64,000 nucleotides of DNA from Raillietiella orientalis. Taxonomy: Eukaryota. The notes beneath the pieces are model-generated. The model saw nothing but the letters and a program-made list of their open reading frames with translations. It made no database searches and had not been told where the DNA came from. The translations under genes were made by a program, and so were the position numbers. The stretch's first letter is position 1. Each line of letters begins with the position of its first letter. The stretch spans positions 434,001 to 498,000 of the forward strand of contig JAYWIR010000016.1 in assembly GCA_036172245.1 (NCBI GenBank), in the 5' to 3' direction. Below, one piece after another: positions 1 through 13,566 of the stretch.

Positions 1-1066
1 CTGGCGGGGCGGGCGACGTCAGAAAACGAGAGGGGGCCTTTCCCGGACTAGCTCAACGCGAGACGACGTGTCTCCGCGCCTGGTCCTCTCTCCTCTGGAA
101 GGAGGGGTTTCGTGGCGAAGCCCTGCAGAAGTCCAGACGATGGTCAGAGCGCGCGTCCCGTTCCGCTCAGGGAGGCGCGCCCGCTGCCTCCTCGGAAACT
201 CCCGCGTGAGGTCAGGTCGAATCGACGGGAGCCGCGCGGTGTGAGGAGGCGTCGGGGGTCCGAACCAAGCACCCCGATTTCCTCAGAACCCGATTTTTCT
301 TCGTCGGAGCGACCGTGGCGCCTCAAGAGGGAGAGCCGGCGTTTCTACCCGTGGGCGGCGGATCCGATTTTCGTCCAGGGAAGTCGTTCGTGAACGGCTT
401 CCGCGACCACCGCTAGGGAGTCTTCCGCTGCGTGTGTGTGTGGGGGGGGGGCACGGTCGGCTGTGCCGAGGAGGACACGTAACCCACGAATTTCCTTAGG
501 CGCGAAGGTTTATTAGAAGTCTCGAGAGGCGCTCTCTGCGCAGCTTCCACTAGATGGCGCACTGGAACGGCGCTTCGACCAAGCGCGCCGCCTCCTGCCT
601 TCCGCCTGCGAGGAAGAGCGAAAATGAGTCCAGGCGTTTCCTAGGATGGGTGGGTGGGGTGCCCCCTTTTGTTTACGGGCGTCACGCGTTTTCTTCCCAA
701 ACGAGGCGTCAGAACGGGATCCTCGGGTGCCATGGCGACCCTTATGGACGCGCCAACTCAGGCAGGCGGCAGATTCTGCAAAGCACCACCCGTTTGTTCG
801 ATGCCAGCGGCCCTGCCAGACCGACGTTCGAGGAATCTGCCTCCTGGCATCCGAGGGAGGCAGAGAGCGTTGCCTTCCCTGAAAGCGCCCAGAGAAAATT
901 CGACATTCAGATGCTTTCTTCCGGTGACCCCGGTAAAGTCGTCCTCGCACCCTAACTTCGTGCTAAAAAGAAGCCAGCAAGCTAGACGAGCGCAGACCAT
1001 TCAAAAGCACCACCACGGCGGCATCCCAGAAGGCCCAAGGAACAATTTTCATTTTTTCTTGAGGGG

Positions 1067-1790
1067 GGTTTGCCAAGTGTCGAAGAACCACCCACTTTCT
1101 TGTGGAAGGCCCACGAAGCCCTTCAGTACTCTCCACGCCGCCCGAGGGTGCATGCGGCTCTTCAATTCAGGAAAGTGACTCCGGGGAGGGGACCACCCTA
1201 TGAATCCAGGAAGGGTTCTAGAGGAAGGAGCCCACTCCTCTCACGCTTGGGAGGGAACCATGAAGGGAACTACCCCTTCATTCTCTGGAAGCGGTCTTTC
1301 CTCATTTCTTTACCAAAGGGAACCCGGAAAGGATCCGTCCCTGAATTTCTTCTCCAGAGGGCGCCCGCAAGGGGATCCCTCTTTGTTTTTGCTCCTCCGA
1401 AGAGAACCACGGAGGGACGCTCCCCGGTTTCTCCAAAGAGCGCTACCCAAAGGGAGCAACGCGCTTCTTGACACTCTAGAGAGGCAATCCCCGAGCCCTT
1501 TGTGGCTCCTTGACTCCTGGAAGGACCGCAGAGGGTCAGCTTCCAATTCCGGCCAGTCTGGTTTCCAGCTTCCGCCAGCGCCGCACCCAAAGCCTACAGG
1601 ACAACCAGCGTCATCCTGTGGGAGATGGAGGCGGGTGGGGAGTAAACTTGAAACCCACGACGTACCCCCATGTCTCGGAGCCGATCCTTTCCCGGGCGGG
1701 ATTCGAATCCGCGACGCCAGGTGCCTCCACGCGCAGAGACCGCCGCAGCCAGGCGGCCTCCAACGGGGTCTTTTCCCGGCTTGCCCTTTC
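1067..1790 (-). mobile_element. tRNA-derived SINE family copy 1
   Basis: B-box-like GGATTCGAATCC at 1699-1710; shared body motif ggaccaccctatgaatccaggaagg; shared 3' motif (+ strand ggtttgccaag..gaagaacc). Confidence 0.7.
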
Positions 1791-1899
1791 GGCGTGGGTG
1801 CAGCCAATCACAATGAGGTGGAGCATCCGGTCCCTCATCCTCGCTGCCCGGTGTCTCCTCCGCCTCGTCCTCCGCTTCAAAGCCGGGTGCATCACCCAT

Positions 1900-3250
1900 G
1901 GATGAGTACCTGGGTGCGTCCACGTGGAGATTCCACCAAGGGAAGAATTCAGTAGATCCTGCAGCGACCCCTGGAGCGCCTTTGGGCGAGACGGAAAGGA
2001 GCGCATGAGTTGCCAGAGTGGAAGGAAATGGACCTTGCCCCGAAGCGCACGGTCAGGGGTGCAAAGCTTCGTGGGTGGCTGGGATGGGGGGCAAATGAGA
2101 AGAAAACCAACTCTCCGGTTCGCGTGTGGTTCAGCTCACGAGAGCGTGGCCTTCAGTCCTCTGCAAAGCGTCCGGGCGCGTCTGCTCCAGGGCATCATCG
2201 TAAGGGTCGCAGCACTTCTCTGTTCGGTGATCAGAAATGCGGTTCATCCAAGGGGCGTCAACTACCTCGGGGAAGGGGAGGGGGGGGAACTCCCGCATGC
2301 AAAGGAGTGTGTGTGGGGTACTGGAGGAGTCCCTCAACCACGTCCCTAGCTGCTGCATCTAGAACGAGAAACCAATGGCCCAGAAGCACGGCAAACTGAG
2401 CACTCGAAGAAAAAGGTTGCCAAAAAGAAAAAAAAAAAGGGGGTTTGTGGGTTCTTTAATCGAAAAGCTCCCGGAGTTCGTCGAGACTACTCTCGAATTC
2501 GGGAAAGCATCAAGGGCGGAGGTCGCCTGCCCCCTCGCATGCCAGCCGGGGGCGCCAGGGGAGGCCGGGCGAAGAAAGGGTTGGATCTCCGTTTTGGAGC
2601 ACCAGGGAGCACCAACACCCGCAGTCCTCGATCCCTGGTCTTGTGGGATCGGGGAAGCGGCGGGGAGTTGAGGAGGTCCCTAGGCGACCAAGAGAACACC
2701 AAGAAGGAAGAGAAGCGCTCCCGTCGAAGAAGGTTCGGGAAGAAGCTGCGCTGCGCCAGGATGCCTTGCTGGAAGCTCACGCGTCCGGGACACACCCGGA
2801 AGAACGCTCCCCACAAGCCTGCGTGGTCAACGGGAGGCCGCGAGTTCGAACCGTGGAGACGAACCCCCCGCTACATCCGGAACGACCGCTCCAGTGTGGG
2901 AGAAAAGATGCCTCGTGCACGAACTTCCTGCCGGCCAAGCGGATGCGGTGTGCGCGCGTCGCTCCTGAAGCACGTAGTAGCCAGCATCCAAACGCCAAGC
3001 ATCTTCTCCGACCTCCGGCATCTCCCAAGAGCGCTGAGAATTCCGGAGGCACCTCAGCCTCACCCCTTCGCGTCGTTTGCACGTCGCTTGCAAAGGTACC
3101 CGAAGAATCTGGATGGCATTCACCGTTTTCAGTCAATTTCCTCCAGGAAAAGGGAAGAACAGACTGATTGAAGCCTTCCAGATGCAGTCCAGCATCCCGA
3201 CAGCTGCACGGAGAGTGAGATTTCCCCACGAGGGATGAGAGGGGAGGATA
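1900..3250 (+). mobile_element. Decayed Ty3/Gypsy gag (zinc knuckle) / protease remnant
   Basis: PPREEFS..DPWSAF; CWKLTRPGHTRKNAP (CCHC-like); KDASCTNFL (DTGAS..FL-like). Confidence 0.35.
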
Positions 3251-4199
3251 CGTGTTCCCAGATGAAATCGGCTATCTCGAGACCCCGATGGGGTGAGGCA
3301 GGCAGACCTCAACCTCGCCGGCTTGTCGGGGAAAAGGGTCTGCGCTGCTTTCCGGTGACCCGCGAGGTCATCCCGCTCAGCCTCACCGCCAGCCGGTCGA
3401 GTGCGCAGTCTCTCGAGGAGGGCCTTCCACGAGGCGCTGGCGCGACGCGGTCGTCGTCCGCGCTCTCGCCCAGAGTCGGCGCTTGCGCCGTCCCGCGGCG
3501 GCGCTGGGACGCCGACTCGACGCGCGGCGCGGGCTGGCGCTGCCTGTACCCCAGGGAGCTGTTCACCTCATCCGGAAAAGATCCTGGAAAATTAATAAAT
3601 CTCTAATAGATGAGATCCAAAGTTTCCCCCCATTCGCGAGGTTCTGAGTGGTTTCTTCGCAGAGCGCTTGATGGCGTTGGCATCGCGTGTGCCGTGCGTG
3701 AAGATCGGGAAATGGAATTTCCGTTCTGCTCGAAGGATAAATGAAGACCATGGCAACGGGAATTGCGGCGGGACGCCGCTGGAAATTAAAAACATCAAAA
3801 GTTGGCTACTCTTTAAAGAGGAAAAAGGATGCTCATCTCGCGTCGGATCATTATCCTATCCTTGAGCGATAACCGAGTTTGGGAGGTCGCGTTTCCGTGG
3901 CGACCGGGGCAGCGCGCTCCCCTGGAAAAGTGGGGGATTCGATAAAACCCGACTTTCCCGGACCATCCTCGCCTCACCCGGAGCGCGCGAACTCGAACGT
4001 TTCCCCAGCCTCCCGAATCAAGGAACGTTGGTCGCATTACGGGAAGAGGACCGGGATCCGGGATTCTCCTGATCCAAGGGACGTCAGACTCCCGGTCACC
4101 GCAAACTCCAGCGATCCACATCGCCTTCGGTTCCGTCACTGCCGGCGACAGGCGTGCCCTTCCTCTCCCGTGGAGTCCCGAGCTGGGAAGTTTCCAGCA

Positions 4200-5030
4200 G
4201 ACAGGCAGGAGGAAGAGGGATAAGTGGCCGGACCACGGCGCAGCAGGCGGACGCTGCAACACCAGGTGCCTTCCACGAGGACTCCAGAGCTGGGGCGAGC
4301 TGCTGGAAATTCCTTTGCGAAGATCTGAAGTGGACCCTCGTGTTTGAGGACAGCGGGACCCCCTTAGCCTGAAGCAGCAGGGCTCGGCACTTCTGTTGTC
4401 GCACTGAGGCCTTCCTCTGCAACGCTTGCCGACGCCACTGGACATTGGGAGAGGGGTGGGGGTGAGTCCGAACTACCTGTGGACTGTGTTGTCCTCTGCT
4501 TCCTTTGGGAACGTTTCGGAACGATCCCGCGGACCTAGGTTGGCGACCTCAAATACATTTGCGTCTCCCCTTGGTGCGGGGTACCCTTCCGTCAGCCGCC
4601 GCAGCAGCTTCGGCAGCCCTTCTCTGCATTTGCAGGATTGCGGCAGCCCGGAGCGAAGCCGACGGGGGAATAGGCAGCAGGGGCGCCACCCAGCTGGCAG
4701 TTCGCTTTCTGCGGATGGAGGCCAGATGACCCAACCTGGGCGCTATCCAAAAGGACCTAGTCATCATCCTGGATAGGTTGCAAAGGACGCCCACCAGCAG
4801 TCGGTGATCCCTTCCCGTCTGCTACCTCCCCACCCTCCAGAGGTTTTTGTATTTTTGTTTATTTCCCTCCCCTCAACTGCCGAGGTGAACGACACCCCCC
4901 GGCTAAGCGTGCAGGCGGAGTGGTTAACCCGGCACGCCCACTGTAAAACGGAACGTGGTAGGGACACGTGTCCTACCACAATGGTTGTAAGTCTGTTGTC
5001 TTTCAATAAGCTTCCCGGCGTGATTGGGTA
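4200..5030 (+). mobile_element. Same LINE family, 3' fragment
   Basis: Nucleotide similarity to 12385-12700 (ggaccacgg..ggacgctgc..ctggggcgagctgctggaaat..tcggcacttctg); stem-loop 4955-4979, AATAAG. Confidence 0.6.
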
Positions 5031-5809
5031 GCAATGCCCGTGGATCTCGCAACCACGAGCGTTGTCCGGCTTGAGTCGGGACGCGTGTGTGACACCCAGA
5101 ACGGGAAGCGAGGCGCAGCAACCGCTCTGAGAGGGAAAAAAAGGGAGAGAAGGGAGGAGGAACCGCAGGGAACTGCGGCGATCGGGGCTCCATCAGGTGC
5201 CTGCCGAACGCTTGGTGCCACCACGGACGTCTTCAGCGACTGTCGTAGCTTCGGAGTTCTCAAAGACGTCTGGTCGATTCCTTCCTCTTCTTCCTCCCCC
5301 GGTCACTCATCAGCGTGCTGACCCTAGCGTGTTTGCCAACGCAGGAGACCTCCGCGCCCGGAAAGTCCTGCTTCTCCCCTCCCCTCCATCTGACCTCCTC
5401 TCCTCAACAGCATGCGGTGGCGGCGGAGACGTCGAGCGCTCACCCGGTCCGTGCCCGAGTTCGGCGCAGCGCCGCTCGCGCGCGAGAGCGGGCAGGTGGG
5501 TGCAGCGGCTCGGATATGCTCTCTTCACCCTTCCTCCACTCTTCGCTAAATCGATTGCGACTTATTCCCGCCGATCGATGGGATTCGGAAGCTGCGCCTC
5601 CGAGAGAGAGAGGCGTTTGTTTTCTTTCCTTCCGAGGCGGAGCGGCACATTAGCGGTTTGTTGTCCCAGCGATGTTTGGTTTGCCCAAAATTCGCGCCGG
5701 AAGGAAGAACTTGCGCACGCAGGGAGAGCCCGGGAGGGCGATGCGGGAGGGTGCCTGTCCCTGCCACTCGCGGTGCGGAGACCCCGGTTCTCTGAGGTGA
5801 AGGAAGGGC

Positions 5810-6500
5810 GAGGTCTGACCCCAAGGACTGTCGTTCGCCTCCTGGGACGCACGGTGCTCTTTGACGCTGTCCACGCCACCCGAGGGTGCATGTGAGCTCT
5901 TCAAGGTAGTGGATACCCGGGGAGGGGACCAACCTTTGAATCCAGGAAGGGCTTCAGGGAAAGCAGTTCGTTCCTCTCACTCCTGGGAAGGAACTAAGAA
6001 GGGTACCTCTTCCTTGTGCTCTCTCTGAAGGGAGCTCCAGAATGGGCTACTCCTCGTTTCTTTTCCGGAAGGAACCCGCAGGGGAACCTTTTCCTCTTTC
6101 CTTTTCTGAAGAAATCCCCGAAGGGAAGCTTCTCTAAGGGAGCAGCGTGCTTCTTGCTTCTTCACACTCTGGAGAGGCATCATCAGTCCACCAGCTCCAT
6201 TAAGGAAATCCACCCCTAGGGGAGAAAGATGGCCTCATTTTCACAACCAGAGGGGAACCACGGAGAGCTCTTCGGTTCATGGAAGGACTCTGGATCAGTT
6301 TCTACTCCCAGCCAGTCAACGGGAGCATCCGGTATTTTCCGGTTGCTCTCACCAGTGTCGCACCCTAATAGACCAACCAGCGTCATCTTGTGGGAAAAAC
6401 CCGAAACCTACGACACCCCTCATTTCTCTGGAGTTGATCTTCCACCCGCGAGGCAGGTGCCGCGCGTAGAGGCCTCAGCCTCAGGGTCGCCAACGCGGTC
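5810..6500 (-). mobile_element. tRNA-derived SINE family copy 2 (B-box decayed)
   Basis: Body aligns by eye with the other copies (ctctttgacgctgtccacgccacccgagggtgc..., cagccagtcaacgggagcatcc, accagcgtcatcttgtggg). Confidence 0.7.
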
Positions 6501-6649
6501 CAGGGGAGAGGACGCACGCGGGCCCCTGATGCTGTTGACGGGACGCGCAAGGAGGAGTGGGAAGGCGTTTGTCTCGACTCCTTCCGGATCCTGGGGTCAC
6601 TGAGGTACTCGCCCGCTCACTCAGGAAGCGCGCTCGTTCGCTCCGGGAG

Positions 6650-7458
6650 CCTCTCCACCCAGGTGCTCCAGGGAGCTTATTCCTGAAAAAAGCAAACTGA
6701 CAGAAGCGATGGCAAAACGCTCGGTCCTGCCACGTCACAGATGCAATCTGCCGAGAAGCTGGCACGAAGGTGGCAGCAGTGGTGGAAGGGGGAGGGGGGG
6801 TCAAACAAAAATAAAAAAATAAATAAAAATATAAAAAAACTCTGGCGGGATCCCGTTCTGCTGGAGGGTGGAGTCCTCTGCACCTTTGCCAGGATACCAG
6901 CAAGCACCTGCTGCACACTTTTCAGGCAGGACCATCCTGATACCTCCCTCATGACGCATACCACGGAAAGGATGGCGTCCCTGTCCTGCTGGCCTCCTCT
7001 GGCGCTGCTCCAGACCGCCACGATCCAGCGCAGGCAGCGGCAAAGTGCTGCCAGGGACATGGTCGAAGTAAGGGAGTCCCGCAGGAAGAGGCGCTTGAAA
7101 ACGACCCTGGGATTGTCTATGGGGATCCGAGGGTTCACGGCAAAGTTCCCACAGGGCCGGAGGGCAACTCAATCCACAAGCGGATGCGGGAGGGACTTTC
7201 GTTCCCCCCAGCACCTGCTACGTTCGAGTCACACCCGCGCACCACCACTCCCCTCGCGGTCCAGTGATGCCGGCGGAGGTTGCACGGGAGGCCCCTAAGC
7301 AGCAGCAGGGGCGTCGACTACCCCTGATTAAGAGGGAGGGCGCGAGAGTTTCGCAGCACTGGGAGCCCCACTCGAGGTGTTCCAGGGAAATTCCCTGTAG
7401 CTCTCTACCCAGCCCGAGAGTCCTCTCGGTGGGGCACTTGGGGGGCGCAATGTCTGCG
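6650..7458 (-). mobile_element. Same LINE family, 3' fragment cut at an inversion breakpoint
   Basis: IDNPRVVFKRLFLRDSL vs MDNLKDVIKRLFVRDAL in the 12.7 kb copy; T-rich UTR, stem-loop 6710-6732, AATAAG. Confidence 0.65.
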
Positions 7459-8774
7459 AGCACGGGAGTTCGTTGCGCGCGCGGTAGACGGGAGGCGGTC
7501 GGGAATCGGCCACGGGCAGCGACGGTGAAACCCGGGTGAAATCTGCGTGACCCTCGAGCGGCCTTCCTCGTTCCGCTTGGGACGGGACACCGGACGGTCG
7601 GCGCTTTCGCTGCGAGGAATGATCGAGAGGTTTCCAGGGTGAAAAGGAGAAAAAGGGAAAAAGGAAGAAGGCGAAGCAGGAAAGTCCCTCTGAAAGACAT
7701 CCCCTTCCCCTCGATTGGAAATCATCTGGCTGTCCGTCCTTCGTGTGCGCAAAGACGCCAACGAAGGCGCGTGTGGATAAACAGACGCTGAGAGGCTGGG
7801 GATGCGCGAAGACGCTTCTCGCCTGCAGAATCGGGCGGTGGATGGAGAGTTACAGCACCGCAGAATCGAAACTTCCGACCTCGCCGGCTCGATCGTTGAT
7901 GGTGAAGATTCGGATGCGCGCGGACGCGGCCCACACGCACACGGGGGAGGGAGGGAGGGGCACCCGCGCGACTTTGCCTCTCGGCTGCTCCACGCCAGCC
8001 TCGATCGAAATCGCAGAGCTCTCCTCCCATCACGCGCGGAGGCAGTTTCCATCGCAACCGCCGCCGCGTGTGACGAGCAGGCACTGTTTATCCTTTCTCA
8101 GGAATAACATCGCACGAGTGCTCCGGGAAGCTTCCGTTCGGATAAACGCGGCAGAGACGGTTTCGTTTCCGTAAACACTGCGTTTCCGTTTCGCGTTCGG
8201 CGAAAATTTTCAGGCGGGAATGAGGGGGGTGGGGAAGGGGAGGAAAGGGGAGGAGAGGGAGACTCTCTGGGAAGGGCGAGCGCCGTCTCTCGGCGAGCTG
8301 CCGGGAGCGCAGCGTCCGAACGTCCCGACCCACCGCCGACTTTCCGACTCCCGAAGCGAACAGCCTCCCCGGCTGCCGCGCTGCTGAGGCAGCATCTGGG
8401 CAGCAAAGTTCTGGCATTCTGGAAGCTCAACCACTGAAGGAAGGGCTTGGGTGGTTGGACCAGGGTCTTCCACCGCATTAGAGTCTACACGAAGGACGGA
8501 CAGCCAGATGATTTCCAATCGAGGGGAAGGGGATGTCTTTCAGAGGGACTTTCCTGCTTCGCCTTCTTCCTTTTTCCCTTTTTCTCCTTTTCACCCTGGA
8601 AACCTCTCGATCATTCCTCGCAGCGAAAGCGCCGACCGTCCGGTGTCCCGTCCCAAGCGGAACGAGGAAGGCCGCTCGAGGGTCACGCAGATTTCACCCG
8701 GATTTCACCGTCGCTGCCCGTGGGCGATTCCCGACCGCCTCCCGTCTACCGCGCGCGCAAGGAACTCCCGCGCT
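7459..8774. repeat. Inverted repeat, 288-bp arms 7459-7746 / 8487-8774, 740-bp spacer
   Basis: Direct reverse-complement comparison; about 4 mismatches, all in the outer ~80 bp; ORFs 7218..7700(-) and 8533..8952(+) share their N-terminal translation. Confidence 0.95.
8330..8486 (+). mobile_element. Upstream continuation of the 6650-7458 LINE, now in opposite orientation
   Basis: gcctccc..ggc..ctgct..agcatctgggcag..gaagg..ggtggttggacca matches 12290-12410, the LINE segment immediately 5' of the part at 7458. Confidence 0.6.
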
Positions 8775-9849
8775 GCCGGAAAGCGCCGTCGAAGAGTGCG
8801 AGGTCTTCCTTTCGATCACGAGAGACCGAACTCGCCACCTCCATCGCCAGGGAAGTGCAGAATCCTCCCGGGGGAGGCTGCCCCGCGATCTTGGGCGGCG
8901 ACTTTCTCACCTTCGCCAGTGCCGCGGAATCTCGTCGCGAGCTGAAGAGTAGGAGAGGCCCCTCCCGCAATCCGCCTTCTGGAAAGTTCGTAAACTCTCT
9001 CCCCGAGCAGACGCGCGAAATGGATGCACCGCGAGTTTCGCCTTGCGCGCGGCCACGTGAAATTGCGCCAGGAGGCGCACAGTGCAAAACGAGGCGTGGC
9101 CTGAAGAGGTGCCGGCGACCAAGGGGCAGCAGCAGGGGTCGATTTTTTGGTATCGTTCTTCCGGTCTTCGACACACCGCAGCACCACGGTGCGCAAGCGC
9201 GCGCGTGTGCTTCTTCATGCATCGGTGCTTTCATCTGCTTGCGGACACACCCAAGTCCGGCCGTCCTGGCGCCAGGAAACGAAGCGCACGGGGCGTGCGG
9301 GCGGCTCAACGTCTCCGTGAATTCCGATTTTCGGCACTGTGGTTCCCTCTGACGACGGATCGTAAAACCAGAACGGTTGCGGCGTGCGGTCGCTTCGCCG
9401 CGAGCGCCCTCAAACACGGAGAAAACGGTTGAGAAAACCATTCCCCTTTTTGAATTTTTCAGGAGAGAAATGATGAATCCATCCTCCTATGCTTTGCTTT
9501 TTTTTCCCGAAGACTTAAAGCAGCACCTGAAGAAAAGGAAAGGGAAATCTTCCATCGTTCGTGAAGAGGCCGCAAAATAATCGTCAGATGCTGAACCTGC
9601 AACTTGCGGACGAAGCCTTGGGATACAGCTGTCACAGAGAGACAAAAAGGGAGTCGGGGGTTGGGGGGAAGATGGAAGGGGAGGCAGGAAATAGGAACCA
9701 GTTTCCAATGTAATGAGGATGTGTCGAATCCACAACACGTTCATGCATATTCCACAACACTCAATTGGCTTCGAGGCGATATTGGTCTCGGCGAACCAGG
9801 GAAAGCAGCTCGAGGAGCAGCCTCATTTTTTTTCGCGTTGGATTTGAAC

Positions 9850-11070
9850 TCTTGGACGGCCCCCAGGAGGAGGAGTGGAAGTGCGGAAGAACCTGAACTT
9901 GCCAGCGGCATCAGCTCGAGAGAGATGAGGAGCGAAAACGACCCCCTTTCCGCCCCCCACGCCCATGGAGGTGGACCAAACCGGTCCCTCCGAGGAGGGA
10001 GCGACTGGCAGCCGCCGCTGGCCGTGGCGGCGTTGCAGCCAGCAGTGCAGAACACGGAGGCGGGGGCAGTGGCGAGGCCGACGAAGTCCGCCATCTTCGA
10101 AAGGGAACGGGTGAAGGAGCCCGTATGGGAAGTGGACAAGGACGTCAAACAAACTCGCGTTCCGAACGGGAATGCTGCGACTCGCCAACGCGCGAGACGT
10201 CCACGTGGCATCCCACAAAGAGAATGTCGATTTAAAAAAAAAAAAAAAAATGAAAGCCGTCGTTCCGTCCGCGAGCGGATTTGCCGTGTACACTCGCAGA
10301 CGAGGAACCGCAGGATGCCTTCATGGAACAGGGCATCGTCCTCAAGGGGAAGCGACTCCGTGGACTGCCTCAACCACCCCCTCCAAGCTGACCGGTGTAC
10401 GCTGCGGCACCAACCAGGAAGCTTTTCTCCCACTACGGTAAAGTTAAATTAAGAAGGTCGCATTCCGCAACCACATCGAAGGGATCTTTTCCGGGGAGGT
10501 CATGGTGCGCATCAATCTGTTTCCTGATGAGAAGATGTTGAAATCGTTGCCATGGACGAGCACTCCCAGCATGTGCAGCTGCGGTACCGCCTGCAGCCCA
10601 CCTTCTGCACGGGCTGCAAGGAGTTTGCCCACCGAGTAGGCGCCTGCCCTAAGGCACGGTGCCCCGTCAAGTGCGGCCGAATCGGGCACTTCATCAAGGA
10701 TTGCTCCGGATCCTCACAGTGCCGTCGCTGCAAAATGTCGGGCCACGTGAAGAAGGAGGGCAAGGAGTACTTCGACTGGCTCATGACCCGAGGATTGCCT
10801 CCGCTTCCCGAAGTGGGGGCCGGCGGAGCTGCCCCTCCTCCACAGTCGGTGACTCGAGCCTCCTAGAAACGCAGCAGTAGCAGAAGAAGCCACAGAAGAA
10901 AAGGAAGCAGTCGACCGTGGAAGATTTTCCTCTTCCCCCGGTAGCGGTAGTGATAGAAAGCGACGAGGACGAGGGATGGAAGCCAAAAGATCGCGAAGCT
11001 TCAGCGTGGCGAATACCAGCTGACCGAGGAAGATGAGCAGAAGAGTCCAAACGCTTAATGTGAGGGAGTG
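9850..11070 (+). mobile_element. Tx1/L1-like LINE ORF1 (triple CCHC zinc knuckle) remnant plus start of the ORF2 endonuclease
   Basis: EGIFSGEVMVRINL then (frameshift) YRLQPTFCTGCKEFAHRVGAC..KCGRIGHFIKDC..CRRCKMSGH; MSRRVQTLNVRE at 11033 resembles the APE-domain TLNVRG start. Confidence 0.7.
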
Positions 11071-12199
11071 GTTCGTCCTCACTTCACCAAGAGACAGGTG
11101 GAGCGAATTCTCGAGGCAGTGAAGACAAACCCGTCTGCGGTGAGGAAACCAACAAGGGCAAAGAGTCTAAGGAAGCAGGAAAAGGAAGAATCAACCGACT
11201 TTACCGAATCGGAAGGTGGTGACACAGGTGATGGAAAACCCTACAGGAACAGACGGTGGACTTCTTCCGGGCAGGAATAGAAAAACGAGAAAGCGCTGCA
11301 ATCCTCGCTGACCTCCTTCTTGCCGACCCGCTGGGAGCTTGCAGCTGGGGGAGCATATCCACGATCGTGACATGTGAAATTTTGGTTGGTCGATAATTTC
11401 GCTCCATTGCTTGCCGGACCTGTGCAAAATGCAAATTCTGCAGTGCGCATGCGCTTATCGTTGCTGCACGCAGTCCAATAGAAGGACACGTTCGTGCGCC
11501 GGACCCGCAGTATCCGCTAAGATTTATTTACTGAATTTCCTCATGCGGGGAGCCTTATCCCCATCCCCAAACCTGCATCTTATGAGGTGGTGGGACTGAG
11601 CAGATGGCAGTACCATGTCACCCATATTCATGATGCTGTGATGCTGTCCGTCTCGAAGATGGAAATCCTTTTGGGTTCTGCGATTCTTTTACTGTTCTTT
11701 TCTGTTGCTTTTGATTTCTTTTCAGTTTTCCGAAGGCCGGACGTGCGGAACCGTCGGAGCGTGGGCACCCTAAGCCCTGCTGCCGCAGCTGGCAGCGAAC
11801 TCGCGCCGCCGAAACGGTGCCGCCGCCTCCCACAGCGGACGCAGCGCAAACGAGCCAACAGCCGGGAAGGAAGATCGCGAGCTCCGAGGAGCGCCCTAGC
11901 GCGGCAGCGACTCCGCACTACGGCGCTTCGTCTCCGTTCGGCAACCCCCGAGAGCTGCGAGGGTTCCGAGGTGAAGCCTCCGAAGGGAGAGGAAGACCAT
12001 CGACCGACGGATGAGCGACGGCCAGTCACCCGATCCGTAGCGAAGCGCACGTCTCGTCGAGGCGAAGCCGACGGCACGACCGCAGAGGAGGCTGCCGACG
12101 CCCGTCCACCACCACCGGAGAGGCCCGGCCCGCGAACGGTAGTACCCGGCTCCAGGAAACCGTTCACACTTGGGCGCAGAAGGGCGAAGCGATCCCGGA

Positions 12200-13240
12200 G
12201 ATGCAGCAGCGACTGCTGCACTCCTTCTACAACAACCGCTCGCTGCAGGACGTCATCGTGCAGCCCGCCTCTCGTGCTTGGGCAGAAAGGGCCTCCCTGG
12301 CAGCGGCACTGCTCTCCCTCAGGGAGCATCTGGGCAGTGACAGCCGACCAGAAGGGAGGTCCGATGTGAGATTGGTGGAAGAGCGAAGGAATTAGGTGGT
12401 TGGACCACGGGCCAACTCACGGACGCTGCGACCCCTAGAGTCCCATCGAAAGAGCTATTGGGCTGGGGTGAGCTGCTGGAAATCCCACAGGACCTCGAGT
12501 GGTCCTTAGCGCTGTAGAACAACCGGACCCTCTCCATGAAGTGGTAGGAGTCGGCACTTCTGCTGTTGCGCTGGGGTCTCCTGTGCAACGCCCTCCGGTC
12601 TCACCGGACCCGGTGGGCTGTGAACCCCAACTGTTGCAAATGCGGGGAAAGGAAATCCTTCCGCACCTGCCCGTAGCTTGTGTTGCCCTCCGGCCCCTAT
12701 GGTGGCGTTAGGCAACGGCCCTTGTGGCACCGATGGACAATCTCAAGGACGTGATAAAGCGCCTCTTCGTGCGCGATGCCCTTTCGCCTGCTGCATCCCC
12801 AGCAGCTCTTTGCTGCTCTTTGCCCGCGAGATTCTGCCAGAAGCCTGGAACTACGCGAGAGGAGGATGGCGCAATAGGAACGCAATCCGCTGCGTGAGGA
12901 CAGCAGCAAGATGACAGCAGTGTCCTTTTGACTATGCCCCAACTGGGACATAGTCAAAAGGAACTTGGAAAGGATGCAGAGGACGGCCTTCAGTGGAATG
13001 TAATCCCTTCCCTAACCCTCCCATTTTTTTGTATGTAGTGTTTTCTGGTTTTATTTTTATTTTTGTTTGCTCTTTCCTTCCTCTGCTTCCGGGGCGAACC
13101 TCACCAGCCTTCGTGCCGGTTCCTCGACAAGTCCCGAATATTTGAGAACAGATTAGAACATTGTGGGACCGATGGCCCTACACAAGGTTTTTTATTATTT
13201 TTTACAATAAACGCCCCGGAACCCTCGTGTGTGAAACCAC
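12200..13240 (+). mobile_element. Tx1/L1-like LINE 3' portion (zf-RVT remnant and 3' UTR)
   Basis: LLRWGLLCNALRSHRTRWAVNPNCCKCG / EILPHLPVACVALRPLW zf-RVT-like with stops; T-rich UTR, stem-loop 13162-13182, AATAAA 13206-13211. Confidence 0.65.
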
Positions 13241-13566
13241 CGACGCGAAAGCCTTGGGAAGGAAGTGGGGTGTCTCCGGCCGTGAAGCAGACCGGCAGGC
13301 ACACGAAGGCGACACGTCCACGACCCACCGGGAACGCAGCAGCAGTGCCTTCCCGAGCTGCGGTCCGGCGTGGTCACGCGCGTGAACCGCGTTCTGCCTT
13401 CGCACCGAATCGGCCCCGACCGCGGACGCCCTTTCGCCGCTCCTGTAGTCGCGTCGGGAAACCGGGAAGCGGTCCTAGCGGGTGGGCAGGCGATGGCAGC
13501 GCCTCAAAATCTATGCTCATGTGGCACGCGTCTTCCCTGCTTGCCTTCCAGCTTTTGGGGGGAAGG

